Positions 1 to 8,690 of a stretch of 26,669 bases of DNA are shown one piece after another. Numbering within the stretch: position 1 is the first letter of the stretch; every line of letters starts with the position of its first letter. A program made the translations under genes and the position numbers. The notes beneath the pieces are model-generated. The model saw only the letters and a program-made list of their open reading frames with translations, was not told where the DNA came from and did no database searches. This DNA is from Candidatus Hermodarchaeota archaeon (lineage in GTDB: Archaea > Asgardarchaeota > Hermodarchaeia > Hermodarchaeales > Hermodarchaeaceae): the NCBI GenBank assembly GCA_016840065.1, contig JAEOTB010000033.1:1-26669 (forward strand), written 5' to 3'.

Positions 1-65
1 CAGAAGGCTCCTTGTCCCTCAGGTTCTTCGTGGTGCTCTTGGTGCTCGTCATGGTGTTCGTGCAT
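1..65 (-). CDS. 5' end (partial) of a protein with a His/Glu-rich N-terminus, probably a metal transporter or metal-binding protein
   Basis: Manual translation from ATG at 65 gives MHEHHDEHQEHHEEPEGQGAF..., running off the window; divergent from nikR. Confidence 0.7.
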   Translation of the reverse strand, partial: MHEHHDEHQEHHEEPEGQGAF

Positions 66-111
66 GGCAAGATCTCGTTGTGATAGCTATGAAGAAGGAC
101 AGGACTCCACA

Positions 112-185
112 AATATTAAGTGAGTGCTAATACAAAGGGAATTCTTAATAATAATTAATAATTCAGACGTATAATCTTAATAATG
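112..185. promoter_or_regulatory. AT-rich divergent promoter region; candidate NikR operator(s)
   Basis: Inverted repeat TATTAAG(114-120)/CTTAATA(144-150); TTAATAAT at 145, 155 and 177; GTGCTA-N16-TAATAA (124-151) loosely fits the NikR half-site spacing. Confidence 0.35.
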
Positions 186-196
186 AGAGTGTTTCC

Positions 197-646
197 ATGC
201 CAATTGTTAGCATCTCACTGACCAGAATCCTTCTCAAGAAGCTTGACTCACTAATCAGAAACCGAGGATACTCCAGCCGCTCTGAAGCCATCCGGGACGC
301 CATCCGAGGAGCCCTTGAAGAGTTTGAGCTGAGCCGATTTAAACGCGGGAAAGCCACGGCGACAATTACGGTCATCTCCGAGCACATGAAACATGATGTC
401 GATGAACGCCTCACGCGCATCCGCCACCAACACAACGCCATCGTCTCAGGCAACATGCACCTCCACCTGGGGAAGCGGTACTGCCTAGATGTGTTAATCA
501 CCGAGGGCGAAGCCAAGGAGGTCATGACCTTCATCAGCCAAATCCGAGCGATTCGCGGAATTCACCAAGTCGCCTACACGCTGGTTCCCATCATCGATGA
601 GATACACGCCTCCGAAGGGACTGGGAGGAGCAAGAGGTCGGAGTAA
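197..646 (+). CDS. nikR: Nickel-responsive ribbon-helix-helix regulator NikR
   Basis: N-terminal RHH (IVSISL...LD.LI..RGYSSRSEAIRDAIR) plus C-terminal ACT-like domain with the His...HxH-x5-C Ni ligands (RHQH...HLHLGKRYC). Confidence 0.92.
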   Translation: MPIVSISLTRILLKKLDSLIRNRGYSSRSEAIRDAIRGALEEFELSRFKRGKATATITVISEHMKHDVDERLTRIRHQHNAIVSGNMHLHLGKRYCLDVLITEGEAKEVMTFISQIRAIRGIHQVAYTLVPIIDEIHASEGTGRSKRSE

Positions 647-711
647 GCGTTTTGTTAGGGCATGATACTCAACAACGAAACCGAGTCTACCAAGAAGTAG
701 CTCGAGAAAGT

Positions 712-729
712 AAAGGTTATTATTCTCCT
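712..729 (+). promoter_or_regulatory. BRE/TATA-like promoter of the 764 gene, shared with its inverted paralog
   Basis: AAAGGTTATTATTCTCCT; near-identical AAAGGTTATTATCTCCT lies on the minus strand at ~3526-3542, upstream of the 3499 start. Confidence 0.6.
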
Positions 730-763
730 TTTTTCATCTATATATTGGAGAAGTGAGTTCGTA

Positions 764-2362
764 GTGAATGGTATAAGGCAGCTATTCGTCTTGCTTCTGA
801 TATTACCTGTCTGTATGGGGTTCATCCAGTACCCGTATCCGGTGCAGGGGGTCACCGAGGAGTTCCCCATTGGTCTTGCATTGACCTATGCGGCTACTTG
901 GGAAGATGACAGTTGGGTTGAACGATACGATGTGATGCGGTGGGCCACCGAGGTGGGTGAACACATCGTGCAAATCGACATCACCACCTACACCGGCACA
1001 ACCACCCTTCAAGATCACATACTTGTTAACACCTCAACATGGAATTATGTTAATGCAAATGGCACACCCAGTATCGACGTGGTATCACCGCCCCTGTGGC
1101 TAAATACCTCAGATTGGATTGAATATATTCCAACATACATTCCACCATCAAATCTTGAATACGGTTTACGGAAGGGGATTCCTTCTGAGATTCCCGCGGG
1201 AACATACTTCAGCTGGGTAGCATCCTATCATTGGTCAGACCTTAGTACTAACGATCCTTGGACAAGCATCACGGATCGGCTCTATTTCGAAGAAGACAGT
1301 GGAACCTTGATTAAATGGAGTTATAGCCGATTCGATTCGGACTCCTACACTACAGAAACCAAAACCCTAACACTGACATCTGGAAATCTTCGGACCTTTG
1401 GAGTGCTTTCCATCCCAGAACAAGCTTTACCAGGCGTACTCCTCGGGGTCCTAATTCTTCTCAGTATAATTATGGTCAGCTGCGCAGTGTATAGACGACC
1501 ACCGAGCCCTGGGATTGAAAGGGAGAGAACTGTTACAGACTGGATTAACCTATTGAAAAACAATCAAGGGGATCCTGACGTTCGGCAGCGTGCTGCTCAG
1601 GCGTTAGGGCAGTCTGGGGATTTCCGTGCTACTAAGCCCCTTCTTGAGGTGCTCCGAGGGGATACACATAGTCGTGTGCGTCGAGCCGTTGCTCAAGCCC
1701 TTGGAAATCTCAGAGATCCCAGAGCAGTCAAAACCCTAATCAACATTTTGCTACGCGAGGGTAATATCGATGTACAGCGGGGGGCAGCTTGGGCACTAGG
1801 TCAGATTGGAGATCGCCAAACCGTGAACCCCCTCGTCCAAGTTTTGCGAAACGCTGAGTCTGATGAGGTACGCCAGAGCGCTGTGAGGGCCTTAGGACAA
1901 CTGGGAGATTATCGAGGCGTCACCCCCCTTCTCCATGCTTTGCAACATGATGAGGCGATAGAGGTGAAATTGAGCGCCGCATTAACCCTGCAGGATCGCT
2001 GGGATAGCCTCAGCCAAACGCAACAGCAGTTTGCGACGCGACTCATCCGAGACCTACCGCTTAGAACAGTAGAGGAGGACGACGCGGAACTCCAGCAGCC
2101 AGTAGTTCCCATCCCGCAGACCCTTCAGTGCATGTCCTGTGGCGAGACGGTTAAAGCGGAGGGAACGGTTTGTACCAAGTGTGGAAACCTCCTTCACCGT
2201 TGCATGGTCTGCCAGCGGCGTATAGGTCAAGGAGAAGGGCACAGCCGGTGTCCATTTTGTGGAACACTGGCGCACCGCGATCATCTGCTGCAGTGGCTTG
2301 ATATCCGGACAGTGTGCCCTCATTGCCAGCGGACTTTGCATCCCAGAGAACTTACATCTTGA
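764..2362 (+). CDS. Single-pass membrane protein: signal peptide, ectodomain, TM, PBS-lyase/HEAT repeats, C4 zinc finger and RING variant (putative membrane E3 ligase)
   Basis: Hydrophobic N-terminus; TM VLLGVLILLSIIMVSCAVY; about five VR..AA.ALG..GD.RA..PL repeats; CMSC..CTKC, then CMVC-x12-CPFC-x4-H-x2-H-x3-W-x6-CPHC. Confidence 0.85.
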   Translation: MNGIRQLFVLLLILPVCMGFIQYPYPVQGVTEEFPIGLALTYAATWEDDSWVERYDVMRWATEVGEHIVQIDITTYTGTTTLQDHILVNTSTWNYVNANGTPSIDVVSPPLWLNTSDWIEYIPTYIPPSNLEYGLRKGIPSEIPAGTYFSWVASYHWSDLSTNDPWTSITDRLYFEEDSGTLIKWSYSRFDSDSYTTETKTLTLTSGNLRTFGVLSIPEQALPGVLLGVLILLSIIMVSCAVYRRPPSPGIERERTVTDWINLLKNNQGDPDVRQRAAQALGQSGDFRATKPLLEVLRGDTHSRVRRAVAQALGNLRDPRAVKTLINILLREGNIDVQRGAAWALGQIGDRQTVNPLVQVLRNAESDEVRQSAVRALGQLGDYRGVTPLLHALQHDEAIEVKLSAALTLQDRWDSLSQTQQQFATRLIRDLPLRTVEEDDAELQQPVVPIPQTLQCMSCGETVKAEGTVCTKCGNLLHRCMVCQRRIGQGEGHSRCPFCGTLAHRDHLLQWLDIRTVCPHCQRTLHPRELTS

Positions 2363-2458
2363 GATGATGTACCCAGTAGGGGCTATTCACTCATTAGCTG
2401 TAAATCCCTGTACATTCTTCTTGTCGGACTCTGAGCGTTCTGAGAATCCTAGAAGGGG

Positions 2459-3499
2459 TTAGAGGTCGGAGGGTCGGAGTTTTTTCCGGCATATCGGGCA
2501 CCGCCCATTCACCTTGAGCCATTCAAGCATGTGACTCCTGTGAGCAACGCCCTTACAACGAGGGCATCTTAGGTAAGACGACCTCGCCTTAATTAAATGG
2601 CGGCAGACCATACACTTTGACCCAACAACATCGTCACCGCGTTCGGCTGTAGCTGCTGAACCCGCTTCTTCGCCTTCCAGCGATGTTGATAGTTCAAGCG
2701 TTGATTCTTCTTCAGCGAGAGGTATATCACTACCCTCATGAGGGCTAGATGACCTTCGTCCCCAAACTGCATAACAGACCATAATTACACTGATGATTAT
2801 TAGGAACCCCAGGAGTACGCCTGGAAAAACTCGTTCTGGAATTGTGAGTACTCCAAAGGCACGAAGGTTGGCGGATGTAAGGGTTTTTGATTTAGTGTCT
2901 TCTGACCAGGAGCTCGAATAGTGTTGAGTGAAGCTATAGCTCCATTCAAGCAAGATTCCACTTCCTTCTTCAAAATAAAACTTCTCCCTAGTGGTTCTCC
3001 AAGTACTCGAAATCCCCAAAGTTGACCAATAATAGGAAGCTTCCCAGCTAAGAAAGCTACCAGCTTGAACCCCTGAAGGGACGCCGTTCAGTAAATGGTA
3101 GTGGCGAACTGATGTTGGAATGAATATTGGGATTCCCACAGTCCAGTTCGAAGTGTCTAGCCAAAGGGGTGGTGAGACAACCTCAGTTCTTGGTGTGCCA
3201 TCAGCATTAACACAATTCCATGTTTGGGTGTTAACCAATAACTGATCCCGGATGGCACCTGTATCCGTGGTGATAAGGTCGATTTCGAGGATGTTCTCGC
3301 CAACCTCTATGGCCCACCGTACTACTTCGTAACGCTCAGTCCAGGTTGAATCGTCCTCAGTGACCTCATAGTTCAAGACCAGACCGATGGGGAACTCGTC
3401 TGTGACTGCTCGCACAGAATAGGAATATGGGATAAAGCCAAGACAGGCATTAAACATCAGAACCAAGAGGATTAGCTTTCTAATACCCTTCACAACCAA
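2459..3499 (-). CDS. Paralogous single-pass membrane protein: same ectodomain, TM, acidic linker and RING variant (no HEAT repeats or zinc finger)
   Basis: Shares VT.EFPIGL.L.Y, ERY.V.RWA.EVGE, VVSPPLWL.TS, YFEE.SG.L..WSYS and LTSxNLR.FGVL.IPE with the 764 protein; ends CMVC-x12-CPRC-x4-HRSHMLEW-x6-CPIC. Confidence 0.85.
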   Translation of the reverse strand: MVVKGIRKLILLVLMFNACLGFIPYSYSVRAVTDEFPIGLVLNYEVTEDDSTWTERYEVVRWAIEVGENILEIDLITTDTGAIRDQLLVNTQTWNCVNADGTPRTEVVSPPLWLDTSNWTVGIPIFIPTSVRHYHLLNGVPSGVQAGSFLSWEASYYWSTLGISSTWRTTREKFYFEEGSGILLEWSYSFTQHYSSSWSEDTKSKTLTSANLRAFGVLTIPERVFPGVLLGFLIIISVIMVCYAVWGRRSSSPHEGSDIPLAEEESTLELSTSLEGEEAGSAATAERGDDVVGSKCMVCRHLIKARSSYLRCPRCKGVAHRSHMLEWLKVNGRCPICRKKLRPSDL

Positions 3500-3735
3500 C
3501 TGCGAATGATAAATACCTGAGAGATAGGAGATAATAACCTTTGGTTTTTCTGAATCGCCTGTGAGTTCACCTTCAGCAAATCAATTAAACCTCAATCTCC
3601 AAATAGGACAATGAGTTATTGCAGGAGGGAAAAGGAGAGCGAGTTATTGCCTGAGTGCTGGAGTACTGTTATACCGGAAAAAGAGGATTTAATAACGGAG
3701 GTATATAGACGAATGACCCTTGGAGGACTTCTTCA

Positions 3736-4515
3736 TTGAGTGAACTGAAAAGCGGATTGTCTGTGTCGAAGTATTTTGGGCAACGACTCATTGAGCTAAT
3801 AGAGTTGCCTACGGGTGTTAGGGTGTTGGATGTCGGATTCGGGCTGGGCTCTTCATTGTTTCCTGCCGCTGAAATTGTTGGTTCACAGGGACGGGTGATT
3901 GGTATTGACATCGATGAGGAGAGAGTGCAAAAAACGGTAGCAGCCATCGCTGAACGAGAGATTAAGAATGCCCAGGTTTTCCAGATGGATGTCCTTGAGA
4001 TGTCTCTCGAGGATGACTTTTTTGACTTCATGTTGGGTGGGTTTGTTGTTCCTTATCTATTCAAACCAGATACACAGGTGATAGCTCCTGAGATTACTCG
4101 TGTCCTGAAGAGGGGAGGGCGTATTGGCTTCACAACTTGGGATTATATCGAAGACGATGATTGGATGATTGCTGCCCTAAAAGAAGAGCTGGGTTCTGAG
4201 ATTAAAGGTCGGAACCTCAGCATCTATACGAGCTATCCGGTTCAGGAATTGGAGGTATCCTTCTCGGAGGCAGGATTTGCTGACGTAATGCACCTCAGAG
4301 AGGTTGCTGAGTTTGTCTATCCAGATATGGAGAAGTGGTGGGCCGCAATGCAGTATCAATCTTGGATTTCCTGTTACAAGGATATCGAGGCAAGGGGTCC
4401 TGGTGAGTTGGAGCGATTCAAAGAAGCAACTTACCAGAAGCTGTTGGGTCCTGAAGCCGATGAGCTTCGCTTCAAGGTCTCTGTGGATTTCTTCTTTGGA
4501 ACATACCAAGAATAA
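3736..4515 (+). CDS. Class I SAM-dependent methyltransferase (UbiE-like)
   Basis: Motif I VLDVGFGLG, VIGIDID, FFDFML, RVLKRGGR; GGAGG SD at 3722 before the TTG. Confidence 0.9.
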   Translation: MSELKSGLSVSKYFGQRLIELIELPTGVRVLDVGFGLGSSLFPAAEIVGSQGRVIGIDIDEERVQKTVAAIAEREIKNAQVFQMDVLEMSLEDDFFDFMLGGFVVPYLFKPDTQVIAPEITRVLKRGGRIGFTTWDYIEDDDWMIAALKEELGSEIKGRNLSIYTSYPVQELEVSFSEAGFADVMHLREVAEFVYPDMEKWWAAMQYQSWISCYKDIEARGPGELERFKEATYQKLLGPEADELRFKVSVDFFFGTYQE

Positions 4516-4557
4516 GGCTGTTGGAACGTTCTTCTCGGAAGGTGGTGTCAATACTCT

Positions 4558-4620
4558 AATGTATTGGGTGACCGATACATTTTTAATATTGGACACCCAA
4601 TATAGGGCACCCAATACATT
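4558..4620. promoter_or_regulatory. Three tandem palindromic operators TATTGG-N4-CCAATA around a TATA box
   Basis: TATTGG-GTGA-CCGATA 4562-4577, TATTGG-ACAC-CCAATA 4587-4602, TATAGG-GCAC-CCAATA 4601-4616; TTTTAATA at 4581; 13-bp perfect inverted repeat 4558-4570/4608-4620. Confidence 0.75.
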
Positions 4621-4649
4621 ACCACGAAATCACCCAAGGAGCCAGGATA

Positions 4650-5264
4650 ATGGCAAAAGGAACCACATTAAAACCAAGACCCGAAAAACCCGAGGTATTA
4701 GAGAAGACACATGACATTTTCTCTGTATTTGCTAAAAGACGGAGCATCCGACGCTACAAGCCTTACGACATCCCCGATGAAGATTTAGAGCAAATACTTG
4801 ATGCTGCCCGCCTTGCTCCATCAGCAAATAACACACAACCCTGGCGCTTCATAATCGTCAAAGACGAGAAGGTAAAAACCCTCCTCGCCCAGCCTCGCCC
4901 ACAAACCTTCATCGAACACGCTAACGCCATCATAGTCGTCCTAGGAGACCCAAGTGTGTGGGGACCTAGAGGGGGTATGACCTGGACTACTCGTGACCCC
5001 ATCATCGCAACAGAAAACCTAGTCCTTGCTGCTACCGCACTTGGATATGGCAGTTGCTGGATCGCCATGTTCCAGTCCCGCCGTAGAGACTACCTTCTAG
5101 AAGTCAAAAGGACATTGAAAATTCCCGATGAGGTACAACTGATCTGTCTGGTAGCAATCGGAGTTCCCGATGAGCAACCAGAACCGCGTTCACGAAGGGC
5201 ATTGGAGGAGATAGTCTACTCCGAGACTTACGGAACTCCATGGAAATCAAACCCCGAGCCCTGA
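4650..5264 (+). CDS. Nitroreductase family FMN-dependent oxidoreductase
   Basis: RRSIRRY, AARLAPSANNTQPWRFIIV, NLVLAATALGYGSCWI, LVAIGVPDE motifs. Confidence 0.93.
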   Translation: MAKGTTLKPRPEKPEVLEKTHDIFSVFAKRRSIRRYKPYDIPDEDLEQILDAARLAPSANNTQPWRFIIVKDEKVKTLLAQPRPQTFIEHANAIIVVLGDPSVWGPRGGMTWTTRDPIIATENLVLAATALGYGSCWIAMFQSRRRDYLLEVKRTLKIPDEVQLICLVAIGVPDEQPEPRSRRALEEIVYSETYGTPWKSNPEP

Positions 5265-5301
5265 ATAACTCTCATAAATAGAAGATGAATGGAGGTGAAT
5301 A

Positions 5302-5427
5302 TTGTTGAATCCCAAAGAACCCCAAAAGGAAATCAAGGATGTTGAAGAGCTAGGAGAGGTAGAAGAGTCGGAAACCGACACTTTTCCATCATGCTGTGGA
5401 GAAACCGAACCAGAAAGTGGAACTTAA
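5302..5427 (+). CDS. Small acidic peptide (41 aa) with an SCCG motif; absent from the ORF track
   Basis: Perfect SD GGAGGTGA at 5291-5298, then TTG (5302 or 5305): MLNPKEPQKEIKDVEELGEVEESETDTFPSCCGETEPESGT*; followed directly by a terminator. Confidence 0.7.
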   Translation: MLNPKEPQKEIKDVEELGEVEESETDTFPSCCGETEPESGT

Positions 5428-5468
5428 GGGATCGTCCAACCAAGGACGCCCCCTTGTTCTCTTTTTTC
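5426..5468 (+). terminator. Hairpin plus U-tract terminator
   Basis: AAGGG-at-CGTCC-aaccaa-GGACG-cc-CCCTT followed by GTTCTCTTTTTT. Confidence 0.65.
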
Positions 5469-5570
5469 TAGCTCAGAAATAGCTAATTTTCCCCCGCCTT
5501 AACCAAAACAAGATATAAGAATGCCTTCAGTGTGATATTCGTTGAGCTTCTTACTTCGAGATGACGAAAA

Positions 5571-5846
5571 ATGAATGGGAACGAAATCATCATCGGACTT
5601 GTGAAGAACGGAGAATTCTACCAACTATCACCCAAGGCTGCCCTTGGCGAAGTGGTTCGCCTGACCCAAATCAGTAGGCAGGAGAGTAGGCCACCTGACG
5701 CTGGGCTAGTCGACTTGTCTGAGTTCGAGGGAGTTGTAATCGCAGTCCAAGGTATTCTTGATAGTGGGTGGCTTTACGAGGCGAACGTTGTGGAAAAAGG
5801 TGGAATCATATTAACGGCTTTAGCTCAAGAGGTATTTGGTGACTAG
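5571..5846 (+). CDS. Hypothetical protein (small, beta-rich, possibly OB-like)
   Basis: 91-aa ORF with protein-like composition; TATA-like GATATAAG at ~5512. Confidence 0.7.
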   Translation: MNGNEIIIGLVKNGEFYQLSPKAALGEVVRLTQISRQESRPPDAGLVDLSEFEGVVIAVQGILDSGWLYEANVVEKGGIILTALAQEVFGD

Positions 5847-5879
5847 ACACAATAAATGCGCGAATCCTCTTTGTCTTGG

Positions 5880-6914
5880 CTAAATAGGGAGATGGATGGC
5901 AAACTGGCAGGTGTCATCACCCTTGGCGAGAGATTTAACGATCTCTACTCTTACAGGTTCTCCCAAAATACCCTCCCATAGGCGTCTGACCCATCCACTA
6001 CCACAATAACAAAATGTGTGGGAAATCTTGTCTAGATTATCTCTAATCAGGGGACAGAAGCAGTTAGCTCGGCGTCGTTCAGCATCAGTCTTTGCCTTTT
6101 CAAGTTCTTCGGGATTAGCGGGTCTTTTCTGCGAGTAGAGTACGTTACCTTTACGAGTGAACCGTGGAAACCTAGTGTAGTCTGCGTGCATGGCTTCGAT
6201 GACTTTGTCTATGTCTCCTGTCTCTTCAAAGACTGCTCTTACAATCGCTATGCTGGCTTCGGGGAAGTCATGAGCGCAAGGGGAAAGGATTAGGTATTTC
6301 TGGTATTCATCTGCAATCTTGTCTAGACGATTCAACGCAGCTGCTGTCCAATCGAACCGCTCTGCGCGACTAGATTCGAAAGTGAGTGTATCAAAGCCCT
6401 CCAGGACCTTTGCTCGATCCTCAACTCCAAGGACCTGTTCTAGCCCAGCCAAAAAGCGTTTATGCCAGTTCTGAAGAACGACTTGGACTTCGGTGACGTT
6501 TTCCTCTGGGTTCTCAGGATTGATTTCCAGGAAGACCTCTCTGCCCGTCAATGCGCCCATGATTCCGTGTTCTCTCATGAACCCGTAGATCTTCTGGTAG
6601 GTTTCAGATATTGTGTCTTGAGACCCGTGGTGGTGTAGGGTTAGGGCTTCAACTGCTTCGAGGGTTCGACTTGTTATCTCACCTGTTTTTACTGTCCGTT
6701 TGATTGGGATACAGGCTTCGGCGTCGAATCCTTTGTCTACTGTGTCAGCGTGAAAGACGAGGATGGGAGGTCCACTCGTGTTTTCCTTACAGGCTTTACC
6801 TAGTTTGTCAAATGCCGGTACAAGTTCGGCTCTTTTCTGGACAATCAATCTGGTGCTCGCGACTAGCTGAGGTTTAATCTCTTTTGGGGTTATTCCCAGT
6901 TCCTTCAAAGACAT
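5880..6914 (-). CDS. GyrI-like small-molecule-binding domain fused to a Cys-rich (DUF6144/V4R-like) domain
   Basis: N-terminal GPP..FH, EACIPI, HHGS..TI..TY..I..F, REVFL (GyrI-like); C-terminal CAH, CFCP, FCYCGSGW, SLAKGDDTCQF. Confidence 0.75.
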   Translation of the reverse strand: MSLKELGITPKEIKPQLVASTRLIVQKRAELVPAFDKLGKACKENTSGPPILVFHADTVDKGFDAEACIPIKRTVKTGEITSRTLEAVEALTLHHHGSQDTISETYQKIYGFMREHGIMGALTGREVFLEINPENPEENVTEVQVVLQNWHKRFLAGLEQVLGVEDRAKVLEGFDTLTFESSRAERFDWTAAALNRLDKIADEYQKYLILSPCAHDFPEASIAIVRAVFEETGDIDKVIEAMHADYTRFPRFTRKGNVLYSQKRPANPEELEKAKTDAERRRANCFCPLIRDNLDKISHTFCYCGSGWVRRLWEGILGEPVRVEIVKSLAKGDDTCQFAIHLPI

Positions 6915-7052
6915 AGATGCTCATACCCTGGCAAAGCCATATTGCTTAGGCCTTCATTGATGAAGTTGGTTAAGGCAGTAATGAAGATTTATATTCTTGT
7001 GAACTTGGTGGTTCGGATTTGGGTAGGTATTCGAGAACGAACGCTTGCTTCG

Positions 7053-7898
7053 TTATTTTCGCCAGATGAAGGTTTGGTTCTGTTCGGCGATTTTGAATCC
7101 GAGGGACTCGTAGAGGCTGATGGCGACTTTGTTGTCTTTGTGGACTCGGAGGCCCGCTTGTTCCCCGCCCTCCTTCGTCAGGGTCTGTAACGCAAAGAGC
7201 ATGATTTGCCGCCCATAACCCTTCCCTCGGTGCTTGGGTGCTACGCCGATGTTGCTGATGAACTTGTTCTGCAGGCTTAGGTCGAGTATTCCAATGGCTT
7301 TTCCGTCCTTGTACGCCCAGTAGAGGTGCTGCATGTTATACCAGATGTCGAGGAACTTGTCGGGCATCCCTCGGATATTGTTCATGATGATTTCCACCAT
7401 TGTGTCAGGGCTGCCGCTCAAACACTCAATGAAGTGGGTGAGGTATTCACCTAGCTCTCCACGTTTCACTCTTTCAAAGACGAGTTCCGCTGTGGGTTCA
7501 AAGGATTTGGTGAGGGGACACACCATTCGGTAGCTGTTCGCCACTTCCTCGAATCCCATTTCCTCGAGTCTAGTGGCTAGGTTCTCGTGTTTGGAGGGAA
7601 ATGTGGCAGACACAAGGTCAACATCATTCTTCATTGCCAGGTTGTGAGCCTCTGAGAGGAAGTTTTCCAGCACGGCCGCCGGTAGTTTGAGAGTGTATAG
7701 CTGGATTCTCGCCACAGGGGTTCCTAGGGGGGCAAGAAGCTGTACTGGCTCTTTGCCTGTGTACAGGAGTCCGACTGGTTGCTTATCCTCGACGAATAGC
7801 CAATAAGACATGCCGAGGGCTTTGGCTAGCCCTGTGAAACCAGAGATTGTCTCCTCGAAGGGTTTCAGCTCAGAGTCTTCATGAGAAATGATTCGCAT
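7053..7898 (-). CDS. GNAT family N-acetyltransferase (probably tandem GNAT)
   Basis: ISNIGVAPKHRGKGYGR (motif A) and V.KDN..AISLYESLGF (motif B); degenerate N-terminal copy (RLEEMGFEE). Confidence 0.9.
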   Translation of the reverse strand: MRIISHEDSELKPFEETISGFTGLAKALGMSYWLFVEDKQPVGLLYTGKEPVQLLAPLGTPVARIQLYTLKLPAAVLENFLSEAHNLAMKNDVDLVSATFPSKHENLATRLEEMGFEEVANSYRMVCPLTKSFEPTAELVFERVKRGELGEYLTHFIECLSGSPDTMVEIIMNNIRGMPDKFLDIWYNMQHLYWAYKDGKAIGILDLSLQNKFISNIGVAPKHRGKGYGRQIMLFALQTLTKEGGEQAGLRVHKDNKVAISLYESLGFKIAEQNQTFIWRK

Positions 7899-8072
7899 GG
7901 TGTTTCAACCTCACTATTTCTTGTTTCCCGACGCGTTCTGGCTAAATAAGTTATTGTGAAGCGGCAGGTTCAGAAATGGTTAGCCAATTGGGAGAGGTAG
8001 CCTTTTTCTGAACTCGAAGGTTGCCATGCATAAATAACGTTCCGTGCCCTGGATTGATTTGAAGTGTGAATA

Positions 8073-8486
8073 ATGCAGGCTACAGAGCTTCTGGACAAGT
8101 ATCTGAAAGTGGTAAAAACAGCCCCCTCACCTGAAGCCCTTGAGGCTGCAGGCGAAGTCATCGTTGTTCTACACAAGACCAGATGGGCGAGGCTACTATT
8201 GGTGTGGAGGGTGGATGAACAGGAGAAGGTCATCATCGAGGTGGAGGTTTCACTGCCCAAGGTGGTAAAACGCGTCCGGGAATCAAACTTAGATGCTTGT
8301 GGTGATACGGAGGGTGAGATGGGGGAGCTGTTGACAGAGCTCATGAAGCACCAGCAGTACCTGCTTCGTCTCAAGAAGGTGGGCTTTACCTTGGATGTCA
8401 TCCGACAAGACTGTCTGTGGACAGCTTCAGGAGTTTTCACCAAGCAACCCAAACATGAGGTGTTTGAACTCCTAGTTCCGCCTTAG
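8073..8486 (+). CDS. Hypothetical protein
   Basis: 137-aa ATG ORF; TATA-like ATAAATAA at ~8028; divergent from the GNAT gene. Confidence 0.75.
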   Translation: MQATELLDKYLKVVKTAPSPEALEAAGEVIVVLHKTRWARLLLVWRVDEQEKVIIEVEVSLPKVVKRVRESNLDACGDTEGEMGELLTELMKHQQYLLRLKKVGFTLDVIRQDCLWTASGVFTKQPKHEVFELLVPP

Positions 8487-8558
8487 CTGTAGCTAAGCTC
8501 CATTGAGTATTTTGCACCCTCACTAATCTCACGTTTTTTCCAAGGCACCTTGCACCAA

Positions 8559-8690
8559 CAAGGTTATGTACCTATGGAAAAGTATCAATATAAGGTTACG
8601 AAATAAGGCCTGAGGGAAAGGTCCTTGAGACAAACTCCAACCGAGCAACCTACCATAGGACAGCTGCTCATCCAACTTGACTCACACTTT
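8559..8690 (+). promoter_or_regulatory. Promoter plus conserved 5' leader motif, copy 1
   Basis: CAAGGTTATGTAC, then GGCCTGAGGGAAAGGTCCT (8607-8625), ACAAAC, stem GAGCA/TGCTC, CCAACTTGACTC; matches the copy at 15673-15815. Confidence 0.6.

Noticed and set aside
163-534. Antisense and alternate-frame ORFs (e.g. 163-534, 3669-4031, 4177-4614, 7970-8452, 20623-21057, 24882-25328)
   Set aside because: Shadows of well-supported genes, with no motifs or SD
3736-5427. Arsenite methyltransferase (arsM) or thiazole/oxazole RiPP cluster
   Set aside because: The methyltransferase lacks the ArsM Cys set; no YcaO/E1-like cyclodehydratase is present; kept only as an open hypothesis for the peptide
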